This document shows, in pieces, positions 1-11,975 of a stretch of 64,000 bases of DNA. The stretch's first letter is position 1, and the number at the start of each line of letters is the position of its first letter. Location: assembly GCA_951406725.2 (NCBI GenBank), contig OX597818.1:15128001-15192000 (forward strand), read 5' to 3'. This DNA comes from Octopus vulgaris (Eukaryota). Under the pieces are notes generated by a model. That model was not told the DNA's origin. It did no database searches and was given only the letters and a program-made list of their open reading frames with translations. The position numbers and the translations under genes were made by a program.

Positions 1-87
1 CACTGTTCCTCTCTTTAATTCCATGTCTGTTTCTTTCACTCACCCTGCCTCTCTATCTCCCTCTCTTTCTCTCTATGTTTATTCGTT

Positions 88-452
88 CATTCTTTTATTT
101 GTTTCAATCATTTGACTGCGGCCATGCTGGACCACCGCATTTGGTCAAACAAATCGACCTCAGGACTTATTCTTTGTAAGCCTGGTACTAATTCTATCGG
201 TTATTCTTCTGAACCACTAAGTTACGCAGACGTAAACATACGAACATCGGTTGTCAGCGATGGTGGGGGTAGAAACACAGACACACATACACATATATAC
301 ACGACAGGCTTCTTTCAGTTTCTGTCTACCAGATCCACTCACAAGGCTTTGGTCGGCCCAAGAAGACACTTGTCCAATGTGCCACGCAGTGGGACTGAAC
401 CCGGAACCATGTTGTTGGTAAGCAAGCTACTTACTACACAGCCAGTCCTGCG
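88..452 (-). mobile_element. tRNA-derived SINE, family A (CORE-like), full copy
   Basis: Reverse complement reads GGCGCAGGACTGGCTGTGTAGTAAGTAGCTTGC...GGTTCCGGGTTCAGTCCC (A/B-box-like head) and shares its body with the copies at 16205, 35111 and 59395. Confidence 0.8.
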
Positions 453-749
453 CCTCTCTTTCCTTTTTATTTCAATCTCAACACCTGTCACTGTTCCTTT
501 CATATCTGTTTCTTTCACTCCTTTTTCTCCTCTCTCTATCTCTCTGTCTCTCTCTTTAACTAACACGAAATAACTTTTGTCTAGAAATTGTCTTCAGTGT
601 ATTTCACATAGTCTTGCGTTTAAATCTATGTCGTTAGGTTTTTCTGTAGGTTCCCACTGGACAATAACACAGTTAGTTCTCATTTTCATTTATTCAATGT
701 CTAAAGTGAGTTTTGCCACATATACCTAAACATTGACCTCTATGTTTTC

Positions 750-1312
750 ACTCTCATTTTCTCTCCCTTTAACTTTCTTAGTTTTCATCAAATTCTCTCC
801 CACATCTCTCACAATTTTTTCTCTTCATTTTCACTTTGTTTCTTTCCTTCTCCCTCTTTCTTTCTTTGTTTCTTTGTTTCTTTATTTCTTTCTTTCTTTC
901 GTTCTCCCTCTTTCTTTCTTTCTTTCTTTCTTTCTGTCCTTCCTTCTTTCCTTCCTGCCTTCCTTCCTCCTTTCTTTCTCCCTCTTTTTTACTTCCTTCC
1001 TTCTTTTCTTCCTTCCTGCCTTCTTTCTTTCCTTCCTTCTTCATTTCTTTCTTCCTTTCTTTCTTTCCTTTTTCTCCATCCCTCCTTTTTTTCTCCTTCT
1101 GTCTTGCTTTCGTTCTTTCCCTCTTTCTTTCGTTCTTCCTCCCTGTTTATTTATTTATTTCATTCTGTCTTTCCTTCTTTCTTTTTTCCTCCCTCTTTCT
1201 TTCCTCCTCTTTCCTTCCTTTTTCTTTCTCTCTCCTTCCCTCCTTCTTTCTTTCTTTCCTTCTCTCTCCCCCTTTCACTCTTTCTTTCTCCCTCCCTCCT
1301 GCTTTCTTTCTT
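750..1312. repeat. Polypyrimidine low-complexity tract, (TTTC/TTCC)n
   Basis: About 560 bp of almost only C/T on the + strand; it generates the F/L/S-rich and K/E/R-rich pseudo-ORFs. Confidence 0.95.
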
Positions 1313-1395
1313 TATGTTCGACTAAAGGTGGTGCTCCAACATGGCCACAGTCAAATCACTGAAACAAAAGAATTAAAAAAAACTATGCCGGTTTA

Positions 1396-1424
1396 ATCCG
1401 AGCAACGCCGGGTATCTCCACTCG
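1396..1424 (+). mobile_element. Helitron 3' terminus remnant
   Basis: ATCCGAGCAACGCCGGG hairpin followed by CTCG|T (degenerate CTAG|T); same terminus as the elements at 14622 and 31605. Confidence 0.5.
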
Positions 1425-1689
1425 TATAAACATAAACAAGTCGCTAACTTGGTTATAGGGGAAGTAACTCAACATATTGTCAACGCGATGTGACGTGACT
1501 TAATTCGTCTTTTGTTTAGACTTAGTAGAATCGTTTTTGTTTAGACCCCTTCTTTAAATTACGTTCGGAACTTAATTAGCATCTAAAATATAATTAATAT
1601 ATACGAATTCAAATTATGCAATAGAATGTGTTATATATAAATACGGAGAGAAATAATTAATAAAAAAAAATTATTACTTCCCTCTAATT

Positions 1690-1715
1690 CCTTAGCAACC
1701 GTATCCCAGAGTAAC
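1690..1715. promoter_or_regulatory. Candidate tandem RFX X-box motifs, putative CFAP44 promoter
   Basis: CCTTAGCAAC (GTTGCTAAGG on the - strand) at 1690-1699 and GTATCC-CAG-AGTAAC at 1701-1715, in unique DNA that retains CpG, about 45 nt before a GTAAGT donor at 1758. Confidence 0.5.
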
Positions 1716-1757
1716 GACAAACTGGTAGACAACGTCCTTTCAGTTGAGTGAACCAAT
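1716..1757 (+). other. Putative non-coding first exon of the CFAP44-like gene (start uncertain)
   Basis: Ends at AACCAAT|GTAAGT. The first coding exon has a clear acceptor (CCATTTCAG, 14162), so an upstream exon is expected. Confidence 0.4.
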
Positions 1758-2175
1758 GTAAGTTATTTCATCTATCTATTTATAAATTCATCATATTGTA
1801 TCACCCGCTTTGTATATTATTTATTTTATATCAGTGTGAATATGTCTTGTAAAGAATATAGATTTTTATGTGGGTCCTATTAAGCTCAGATCAGTTCTGA
1901 TCGAAGAGATTCCGAGCAATCGAGCTGTGATCAACCACCGTCTTTGTTTTCGTGCTTAGTATATATCGGACTACATTGTGTATCTTCGTATGTGGGTGGG
2001 TGTGGGTGTGTGTGTCTTCGTGTTTGTTTCCTATCAAAGTCTGACAGCTGGCGTTGGTTTGTTTACGTCCTTGTAACTTAACAGTTCGGTAAAAATAATA
2101 AGTACTGGTGGTGGGGGAGGTTTGTCTGACAAATCTCTCTGAGGCGGTGCTGAGCCCAGTAACTTATAAGATAAA

Positions 2176-2248
<73 letters not shown>

Positions 2249-2883
2249 TACATACATATGCGCAGGAGTGGCTGTGTGGTAAGTAGCTTGCTAACCAACC
2301 ACATGGTTCCGGGTTCAGTCCCTGAAACAAGTAAAAGAGTAAAGAGTATATATATATATATATATACTCAGTTTCAAACTCTGATGTCCAGGTTACAAAA
2401 GCAAAGTTTGAAGGGAAGAGTAGTCATTTCCTTTGATTTCTAGATGGAATCAAATAGGAAATAACACTTACTGATTAAATACATAAAAAAAAGAAAGAAA
2501 AATTAAAATTTGTTATGCAGTGTTATTTATATACAAATTCCGTGGGTAGATGGTCAGGTCTATCGAAGCATTCACTGATCGTTATCAATATTGACAAAGA
2601 TACATTCACTTTGCTTCCTTTTCTACTTATTTCATTGTACTACCAAAGAAAGGAAAGGATGGGAAATGGTAAAAAAAATGTGTTTCGCTGATGACAGGAA
2701 AAAATGGAGGGAAGAAGTCTTATGGCTTGTTGTGCACATACAACCTATGGATTTTAATTGATTGAACTATCGCTACTATTTTCTTTCATTTGTTTCAGTC
2801 AATAGAATGTGGCCATAGTGGAGCACTGCCTTGAAATGTCTAGTCGAGAATTCTTCTTCATCTAATTATTATTATTATTATTA

Positions 2884-3063
2884 GGGCAGCATGCTGGCAG
2901 GAACATTAACATGCTGGGCAAAATGCTCAGCAGCATTTTTGCCCGTCTTCATGTCCTGAGTTCAAATTCTGCCAAGGTTGACTTTGCCTTTCATCCTTTC
3001 GGGGTCAATAAATTAGGTACCAGTGAAACACTGAGGTCAATGTAATCGACTAGTCCCCTCCCA
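2884..3063 (+). mobile_element. tRNA-derived SINE, family B (Nin/Deu-like central domain)
   Basis: GAGTTCAAATTC B-box-like motif followed by GACTTTGCCTTTCATCCTTTCGGGGTCAATAAATTAGGTACC; recurs at least 9 times in the window. Confidence 0.75.
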
Positions 3064-4022
3064 CCAAAATGGGCATATTTTCAACGGTCGGATAACTGAA
3101 GAGATGGCTGGATAACTGAAGAAGACACCTGTCCAATTATAATATGGAATTAAATGATCCAATGAGGCAACTTAAACTAATGATAGACTCTCAATGCTAG
3201 GGGTTCTTAAACTGACAAGTACTAACCTCTCTCCACTTCACAAAAATTATTAGTGAAATTTATTTTTGCCCTTCTCTTTTATCAACAAGGATTCAAAGGT
3301 TTCGGAGGGATTTTAACAAACCTAATCGAATGACTGGTTAAATAGATGATTAATCAAACAATCGGTGAGTTAATTGGTTAAATAATTAACATATTGACTA
3401 ATAGTAATAATAATAAAAGAACTGAAATATAAACGATGTGAGATAAACAACATAAGCGTTTACATCCATTAAATCTTTCTTTACCATGATGGTGGTAAAT
3501 TCAAAGACTTATTTATTGACACTCCAGTGCTTACGATGACAAGGGTTCCAGTCGATCCGATGAATGAAACAGCCTGCATGTGAAATTAACGTGCATATGG
3601 CTGAGCACTCCACAGACACGTGTACCCATAACGTAGTCCTCAGGGAGATTCAACATGACACAGTGTGAAAAGGCAGGCCCTTTGAAATACAGGTACTACC
3701 CATTTTTGCCAACTGTCTTGTTCAATGACACAACGCACCGCCGGGAATCGAACTCATGATCTTATGATTGTAGGCTGAATATCCTAAAAAAAAAAAAGAA
3801 AAAGAAAAACAAGCACCTAGTTTAATTACCCATTACCGTTTATCTGCTCCCTACCCACTTTTACTTCAAACCTCGCAAGTCCTATTGCTTTGTATGGAAA
3901 TCTAACCTGGAAGACATAACAGCCAAATTACCCTCAAATCGCACCTTACCACTTCTCTCTCCCTCCCTCCTTCCCTTTCTCTCTCCCTCCCTCTCCCACC
4001 TCCTCTCTCTCTCTATATATAT

Positions 4023-4120
4023 ATGTAAGTACTTGACAGAATGTAAGCACTCAACAGAGGGTAAGTACTCGACAGAGTGTAAGTACTCGACAGAGTGCAT
4101 ACTCAACAGAGTGTAAGTAC
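4023..4120. repeat. 18-bp tandem repeat (GAGTGTAAGTACTCGACA-like)
   Basis: About 5 diverged units; gives the VEYLHS periodicity in ORF 3882..4106. Confidence 0.8.
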
Positions 4121-4677
4121 CTTGAGAGAAAAGTTGGACCTAAGAAGCATCAGATGTGGTGTGCAAGAGAGATGACTGCACTGGTATGGTCATGTGGCAA
4201 GAATGGATGAGGATAGCCGTGTGAAAAAGTGCCAAACCCTAGCAGTTGAGGAAACATGTGGAAGAGATAGACCCAGGAAGACCTGGGATGAAGTGGTGAA
4301 GCACAACCTTCGAATTTTAAGCCTCACTGATGCAATGACAAGTATCTGAGACTTTTGGAAATATGCTGTGCTTGAGAAGACCCGGCAAGTCAAATGAGAC
4401 CATAACCTTGTAGCCTATGCCAGGAGCGTAACCAGCCCACTTATACGTACCTTTCCTTCTTTGGACACTAAGCTCTGCTTGTGAAGACCTGTTGAGGCAA
4501 GTGAGATCGAAATCAAATTTGATGACTGGCATCCGTGCTAGTGGGGCACTAAGAGCACCATCCGAGCGTGATTGTTGCCAGAGTGGCTAATTGGCTTCTG
4601 TGCCAGTGGCACGTAAAAGACACCATTCGAGCGTGATCGTAAGTGAAATCGAAATCAAATTTGATGACAGGCATCCA

Positions 4678-4679
<2 letters not shown>
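4121..4679 (+). mobile_element. RTE-clade LINE, 3' fragment (ORF C-terminus and 3' UTR)
   Basis: Translates to LREKLDLRSIRCGVQER*LHWYGHVARMDEDSRVKKC...GRDRPRKTWDEVV, carrying the RTE-type RLxWxGHVxR and GRPRxxW motifs; one stop. Confidence 0.8.
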
Positions 4680-4719
<40 letters not shown>

Positions 4720-4890
4720 TCAGTTTCAAACTCTGATGTCCAGGTTACAAAAGCAAAGTTTGAAGGGAAGAGTAGTCATTTCCTTTGATTTCTAGATGGA
4801 ATCAAATAGGAAATAACACTTACTGATTAAATACATAAAAAAAGAAAGAAAAATTAAAATTTGTTATGCAGTGTTATTTATATACAAATT

Positions 4891-5339
4891 TAATCAGTGG
4901 TATTTCCTATTTGATTCCATCTAGAAATCAAAGGAAATGACTACTCTTCCCTTCAAACTTTGCTTTTGTAACCTGGACATCAGAGTTTGAAACTGACCTA
5001 TTTTCCAATACATTTCAGACAGATTTAGTGCTGAGTTGCTGAAGCAGAAATATCATTATAACATATATTCTGCTCAATACCACAGATTATCTTGTCATTT
5101 ACTTGACCTTAACCGCTTGAGCATGTCCCTTAGTGGTTGACAATATGTACATCTCTGAGCACAAGCAGGAATAGTGGGGGAGCATTGCAGTCATGTGTTG
5201 AGCAGGATTCTTTGGGGTTTGAATGAATGTAACAAAATCAAAGTTTGAAGGAAATATTAGCTATTTTTCATACTTTCTAAGGGTAAGCAAACAGGAAATA
5301 CCAGTTGCTACCCAAAGACAAAATTCGTGCTATACAGTG
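4891..5339 (+). mobile_element. Non-autonomous DNA transposon with CACTG...CAGTG ends (left end rearranged)
   Basis: Colinear with 57316-57785; ends AAAATTCGTGCTATACAGTG. Its left end is present inverted at 4719-4873. Confidence 0.65.
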
Positions 5340-6240
5340 CAATCAGTATTCTACAGACAGATAGCACATGTGTCCATAGTGTAATTCTCAAGTAGACTCA
5401 ACTTAACTCAACATGTGACAAAGAAGCGTCTTTAAATTAAGTATAATCCTTCCCAGTGGGAAGTGAACTCCTCAAGTATTTAATTGTTGAACACGAAAGT
5501 AAATCTACTACAATATTTTCTTACGTCCCTTTTCAGACCTTTTCAAAAGTTCAAACCTATCTTTTTCTTTCTTTTTCTCTCTTTTTTTTTTTATCCCATC
5601 AAACCAGGGTACAAAAAAAAATGGAATTTTTGTTCGCATAGATCTGCTTGTCCAGGTCTGACCCTGAAGGGGCAAAGCAGCAAAAAAAAAAAAAGTAATA
5701 ATAATTTGCTAACCAATGAGGAAACTTCTATGTAGTCACTCTGCTGGCTGCAAATAATGGCCAAGTCATCCTCAAATCACATCTAACTACCTTCAACAAA
5801 CAAACAAACTAACCAATAAATAAATAAATAATTGATAATCTAACAAAATAATCTTTTATATCTAAAAGAAAGCATGGTCACAGTAGAATTGTTTTTTAAT
5901 TATTTTCATAGGTGTACTCTATCAGGAAATGACCAAGAACTAAATAACAAATGATTTCTACTGTAAGCATAAGGACCCAGTTTTTAACTATCACGTATAT
6001 AGTTGATGAATTCGACTCTAATAATATAGCAGTTAAACCCTAACATTTAACTGGTGCTATATTTTATTGTCAAGAGAAGTATGACAAACAGAAGACCAGT
6101 CGGAGAATATGATTTTCATAGCAATAATATGTTGCTAAATATTTTGCTTCCATATGGAAATAACTATCTCTGTTATTGTCACCGCGGTCGTCGTCATCAT
6201 ATCTTCCTCATTCTCAACATCATTATACTTTAACACCTTC

Positions 6241-6535
<295 letters not shown>

Positions 6536-6791
6536 TTCAAACATTTAAGCATCATCGATTGGTATCCATCATAATAATGTTTGGTTATCAGCCATGGGTA
6601 CTTCGAGAAATATACAAATACCGCAGGTTTTGTTGTTTTTTACACGTGTGTTAAATTGAAAAATGTTTCACAAGCAGCCAAGAGAAACAACTCTTTCTCA
6701 AAGGGGAAACAGCGATCAAGGGAAATAACTCCAATAGTTGATTAAAATATTAGGGACAATATACACGATGTCAGTATTAACGTTTCATAGC

Positions 6792-7010
6792 AGGGCGGCG
6801 AACTGGCATAATTATTAACATCCGGACTAAATGTTTAGCGGCATTTCATCCGTCCTTACGTTCTAAGTTCAAATTTCGCCTGGGTCGACTTTGCCTTTCA
6901 TCCTTTCGCGGTTGATAAAATAAGTACTAGTTGAGTACTGGGGTCGATGTAATTGACTTATCACCTGACCCCGAAATTGCTGGCCTTGTGCCAAAACTTG
7001 AAATTAATAT
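6792..7010 (+). mobile_element. SINE family B
   Basis: AGGGCGGCGAACTGGCA head and GCCTTTCATCCTTTCGCGGTTGATAAAATAAGTAC core. Confidence 0.75.
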
Positions 7011-7164
7011 TACATTTCATCGTTTGGGTGTCCTTGAAGTAAGTATTGGAATTAGTACCACTGGCTACTCTCTCCCACCTTTATGTCTGTGTTGGAAACT
7101 ATTAAAAGTAGTGAAATGGTAAAATTGTAAGAGCATCTGGAAAATGCTTTACAGCAGTGCTACA

Positions 7165-7325
7165 TCAATCCCAGTGCACAATTAGTACTTATTTTATTGA
7201 CCCTGAAAGGTTGAAAGGCAAAGTTGACCTTGGCGGAATTTGAAACCCAGAACATAAAGATGGACGAAATGCAGCTAAGCATTTTGCCTGGTGTGCTAAT
7301 GATTCTGCCAGCTCACTGCCTTAAC

Positions 7326-7378
<53 letters not shown>

Positions 7379-7717
7379 AATTATTGTATACAGTGCTCAG
7401 GTGCACCATAACTTGTCAGAAAGTGCATATAAAGTACATGCAGTAATGTACAAATGTCTGGAAAGCGAACAATGTATGAGTCAGATACATGCTTGTAATG
7501 TATGTAATAATCTTTTCTACTGGAAGCACAGTTTTGGGAGAAAGGATTAAGTCGATTACATTTACAAGTGTGTGTAACTGGTACTTCGTTAATCTACCCT
7601 GAAAGTATGAAAGGCAAAGTCAACTCCAGTGGAATTTGAACTCAGAATGTAGTGGCAGACAAAATACCACTAAGTATTTTGCCTGGCGTGCTAATGATTC
7701 TGCCAGTTCACTGTCTT
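7165..7717 (-). mobile_element. Two SINE family B copies (about 7165-7322 and 7510-7717), each followed by (AAT)n
   Basis: GAAAGGCAAAGT...GGAATTTGAA reverse-complement cores. Confidence 0.7.
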
Positions 7718-7751
7718 AATAATAATAATAATTGTAATAATAATAATGATG

Positions 7752-7812
<61 letters not shown>

Positions 7813-7831
7813 TGATAATAATAATAATAAT

Positions 7832-8300
7832 ACCCCAGAAGGAGTCACCGAAAATGAGAATTGCAATATCCTGTGGGATGTAATGATCCAGTGCGATCAC
7901 CTGACCAGACATAGGAAACTGGACATTGATGTGGTGAATAAAAAAGAAAGAACATGTATGTTTATCAACATAACATGCTTGGTGACAACAGGATCAATGT
8001 GAAAGAAGAAAAAATAAACTACAATGATTTGACATGGGAAATACGAAGGTTGTGGTCAAGGAAGAGAGGAGATGTGATACAAATAGTAATTGGTGCACTT
8101 GAAAGTATCAGCACTCAACTACCAGCATGGCTAAAAAACATTAGTGCAAGTGTGACGATAGAACACCTACAACGATCAGCACTGTTTAGAACTGCAAGAA
8201 TTCTTTGCAGGGTTCTTGAAGCATGACCAGTAAACAAGCGTCACCTTAGTTTGCTGACTGTGGACAGCTGACACATGCCATCATACACAGAAAAATAAGT
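7832..8300 (+). mobile_element. Dong/R4-like RLE LINE, 3' fragment, decayed
   Basis: PEGVTENENCNILWDVMIQCDH...RKLDIDVVNK and, after a frameshift, IVIGALE...LQRSALFRTARIL (restriction-like endonuclease C-terminus); (TAA)n on both sides. Confidence 0.8.
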
Positions 8301-8469
8301 TGTGGGTTTTCATATAATAATAATAATAATAATAATAATGATAATAATAATGATAATGATAATAATAATGATAATAATAATAATGATAATAATAATGATA
8401 ATGATAATAATAATAATGATAATAATAATAATAATGATAATAATAATGATAATGATAATAATAATAATG

Positions 8470-10155
8470 AACTTGAAGGCCTATTGCGCACTGTGAAAGT
8501 ATTCAGCGATGACATCGGGATGGAGTTTGGACTTGAGAAGTGTGCCAAGGCCACTTTCCAGAAAGGGAAAGTGAAGACCACAAATTCAGTCATGTTAGAT
8601 GTTGACACAGTCATAAGAGAGCTTGAGCAAGAACAAACATACAAATATTTAGGGATAAATGAAGGCTCTGGTATTCAGCATGCAAGCATGAAAGAGAAGA
8701 TCAGGAAGGAATGTTATAAGAGAGTTCATGCAGTCCTGAAATCTGAACTAAATGCACTTAACAAGGTGTTAGCTATAAATTCCTTAGCAGTTCCAGTTGT
8801 TACTTATAGCTACAATGTGTTGAACTGGAATATGAGTGAAGTAAAGAATATAGATAGGAAAATACGCAAGCTGCTGAGTTGTAATAGGATGCACCACCCA
8901 AAGGCAGACGTAGATCGCCTTTACCTTCCCAGAGCCCAAGGAGGTCGAGGCCTGATCCAATTTGAACTAGCTTACAAAACAACCACAACTGGACTGGCCA
9001 AATATCTCGAAATAACGAATGACTGGATGCTAAAGCTTGTGGAAAATCACGAGAGATGAAAGAAGCTTCATTTTATCATAAAGGAAAGCAAAAAATTTGC
9101 TATTGATCTCGTGCAGGATACCCAAACTGAACAACCCGAGGGAAGTACGACAACTATTGTTGCAAAGAAGGTGAAAATAATGGCAACGAAAAAAGCGCAC
9201 GAGCAATTGGCTGATAGGTGGGAGGAGAAACCTCTGCACGGCAAATATGTGGCCCGCAGCAAACAAGCTGATGTTGACCAGAAGCAAACCCATCAGTGGC
9301 TACGGAGCTCAGGGCTAAAAGCAGAGAGTGAAGGTTTCATCCTGGCTGCTCAAGATCAAAGCCTATTAACCCGGAAATACCAGGCCAATATGATGAAAAA
9401 TGGAGCAGACCCAAAATGCCGATTCTGCAACGACATGATTGAAACAATGGACCACCTAATCTCTGGATGTAAGGTCTTAGCACCAGTGGAGTATAAATTA
9501 AGACATGACAGAGTTGGCCAATATCTACACTGGCTAATAAGTCGGCATTACAATATCAAAACTGCCGACAAGTGGTATAATCACCACCCTGAGGCTGTAA
9601 CTGAAGGAGAAAATGTAACCATTCTGTGGGACTTTCCAGTACATACAGATCGAACCATCAAGGCCAATAAACCAGATATTGTTGTGAAAGACCAAAACAA
9701 TAAAGTTTGCTTATTGATCGACATGAGCATCCCCTGTGATCATAATATCTCAGCGAAAGAGTTTGACAAGCTCAGAAAATATAAAGACCTACTCATTGAA
9801 ATTGAGAAAATGTGGCATCTCAAGGCGGTTACAATACCAGTGATCGTAGGAGCACTAGGAATGATCAAGAAGGGAACCGAAAATTATATGAGAATGATCC
9901 CTGGCTTACCATCCCTGCAAGAAGTGCAAAAGATTGTCTTAACTGGTACATCACATGTATTGAGAAGAGCATTGTCGATGTGAGAACTGTTGCTGCTCAT
10001 GTATTTTAATTTAACTTTAAAAAAAAAAAAAAAAAATGAACGAACTATTGAGTTTGGTTTAATGGCCTACCAATGTATACTATGAGTTTCTTTGCCCTAG
10101 GAGTCGAGAAGACACTCGGCAAGAAATGGAAGCAAATTTGAAAGAAGAAAAAAAA
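8470..10155 (+). mobile_element. Dong/R4-like RLE non-LTR retrotransposon, 5'-truncated and young
   Basis: ORFs 8484-9059 and 9111-9983 are in the same frame, split by one TGA. RT C-terminus (FSDDIGMEFGLEKC, YKYLG, RLYLPRAQGGRGL), CCHC knuckle (CRFC...ETMDHLISGC), RHD, and endonuclease KPDIVV...IDMSIP...KYKDL. (TAA)n on both flanks. Confidence 0.92.
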
Positions 10156-10182
10156 GTAATAATAATAATAACAATGATAATG

Positions 10183-10221
<39 letters not shown>

Positions 10222-10224
<3 letters not shown>

Positions 10225-10863
10225 TTATATTTCGGAATGGTTATATTGCCAGTTTAGCCAATAAAAACACACACACTATATATTTGGTGTTATTTTGCTT
10301 CAGTGTTATTTATTTTTTACATTAATCTTAATCTTATTTTGGCCAGAGTTCTTTCGTCACACTCTTGTGACCGCATCAGTGGTCCTTTGTTTTCTTCTTT
10401 CTTATTTGTGTCTCTCCTTACTAACCGTCAGCCATTTTGTATTTTTTTACATTAATCTTAATCTTATTTCGGCCAGAGTTCTTTCGTCACACTCCTGTGA
10501 CCGCATCAGTGGTCCTTTGTTTTCTTCTTTCTTATATGTGTCTCTCCTTACTAACCGTCAGCCATTTTGTATTTCTATTAATAGAAATACAAAATGGCTG
10601 ACGATTAGTAAGGAGAGACACAAATAAGAAAGAAGAAAACAAAGGACCACTGATGCGGTCACAGGAGTGTGACGAAAGAACTCTGGCCGAAATAAGATTA
10701 AGATTAATGTAAAAAATAAATAACACTGAAGCAAAATAACACCAAATATATAGTGCGTGTGTTTTTATTGGCTAAACTGGCAATATGACCATTCCGAAAT
10801 ATAACAATATCTGTTTCAACACACGACTTCACATAAAAAATCTTGCACAACAAATATTTAAAC
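10222..10863. mobile_element. Penelope-like pseudo-LTR palindrome with three hammerhead-like motifs
   Basis: Spacer-less inverted repeat centred on TTTCTATT|AATAGAAA (10579/10580); left arm has a 130-bp tandem duplication; CTGATG...stem...GAAA motifs at 10341-10385 (-), 10471-10515 (-) and 10644-10688 (+). Penelope assignment is inferred from the architecture. Confidence 0.65.
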
Positions 10864-10889
10864 GTAATAATAATAATAATTACAATATA

Positions 10890-11075
10890 ATAAAAATCAG
10901 AGAAGAGCTTTTACAAAAAAGCTGTTACAAAAGGTTTGCTGCTTTGGCATGGCCAGAATAATCAGGAAAGTATCAGATAGTTGAGAAGAACAGATCTCGT
11001 GGTACTGTAGGCTGCAGGTAGCAAGCTCACTAAACATGCAAGACTTTAGGAGTTCCATAAAAACTTGAGTTAAAA
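10890..11075 (+). mobile_element. RLE LINE, extreme 3' end
   Basis: LLQKVCCFGMARIIRKV-like tail; reverse complement of 38720-38900. Confidence 0.65.
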
Positions 11076-11789
11076 GGAGTAATAGTAGCAATAATTTTTA
11101 ACACATGCACAAATTTTTGTTGGGTGTTTGCTTGCAAGGTAAAGGCAATGCCTGTAGCTTTTGCAGGCCCTCCAAAAATCACTGATATTGATGCTATTAA
11201 CATTCTTAAAGAACCTTTGCATGTGAAATCTGTTCAACTCTACAGGATAAACATGAGCATAGGGGGAATTTCAGAGTGTCAAAGTTCTGCTAAGAAAGAG
11301 CTGGGCATAATCTGGAGTCAGGTGAGGGTAGACATAGAGTGATGAAAGGAAGAGAGATGATTGGGTTGGGAATGTCTGGACAGAGTCATTATGAGCCCAG
11401 CCAGCTCTGAGGTGCAGACACCATTATAGTATTAGTAGAAAAGGAGAGAAATGACACTGTGTACCTATGATTCAGAGACTAGAGTGACTTAAAGCTAATC
11501 AGTTGTGTAGCTCTTTATCTGAATGTAGCCAAGGATATCTGTGTGCAACAACAGCAGCAGCAGCCATTCAAGAATTTGGACCTGGAGATCTCCATTTCCA
11601 GCAACTTCGAGGGCCACCTCCCAGTGGTGTCGGGCATCAACGAAGAGCCCTCGACTACAACAAGACAACCAAAGTTTTTTTTTCCAAGGTCTGGGGTCTC
11701 TCGCCCCTAAGCCCTAGACCATCAACTAATCACCCTTACCCGTCTTGTTGCTTAACAACAACAACAACAACAATCAGCAGCAGCAGCAG

Positions 11790-11975
11790 TGGAGACGCAA
11801 TGGCCCAATAGTTAGGGCAGTGGACTTGTGGTCATAAGAACGCGGTTTCGATTCCCAGACCGGGCATTTTGAGTGTTTATTGAGCAGAAAACACCAAAGC
11901 TCCATGAGGCTCTGGCAAGCAGGTGGTGAACCCCGCTGTACTCTTTCACCACAACATTCTCTCAATCTTTCTTCA
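11790..11975 (+). mobile_element. tRNA-derived SINE, third family
   Basis: A-box-like TGGCCCAATAGTT and B-box-like GGTTTCGATTCC in a tRNA-like head; no intact cloverleaf. Confidence 0.6.

Noticed and set aside
733-1396. Long F/L/S-rich ORFs resembling membrane proteins
   Set aside because: Translation of a (TTTC/TTCC)n tract; open in several frames only because the tract lacks stops.
1701-1708. GTATCCCA as a second U12 donor
   Set aside because: Lacks the TT at +7/+8, and no U12 branch site precedes the 14162 acceptor; better read as part of an X-box.
11790-11865. Possible tRNA gene
   Set aside because: Only A/B-box-like motifs, running into a SINE body; no complete cloverleaf or terminator.
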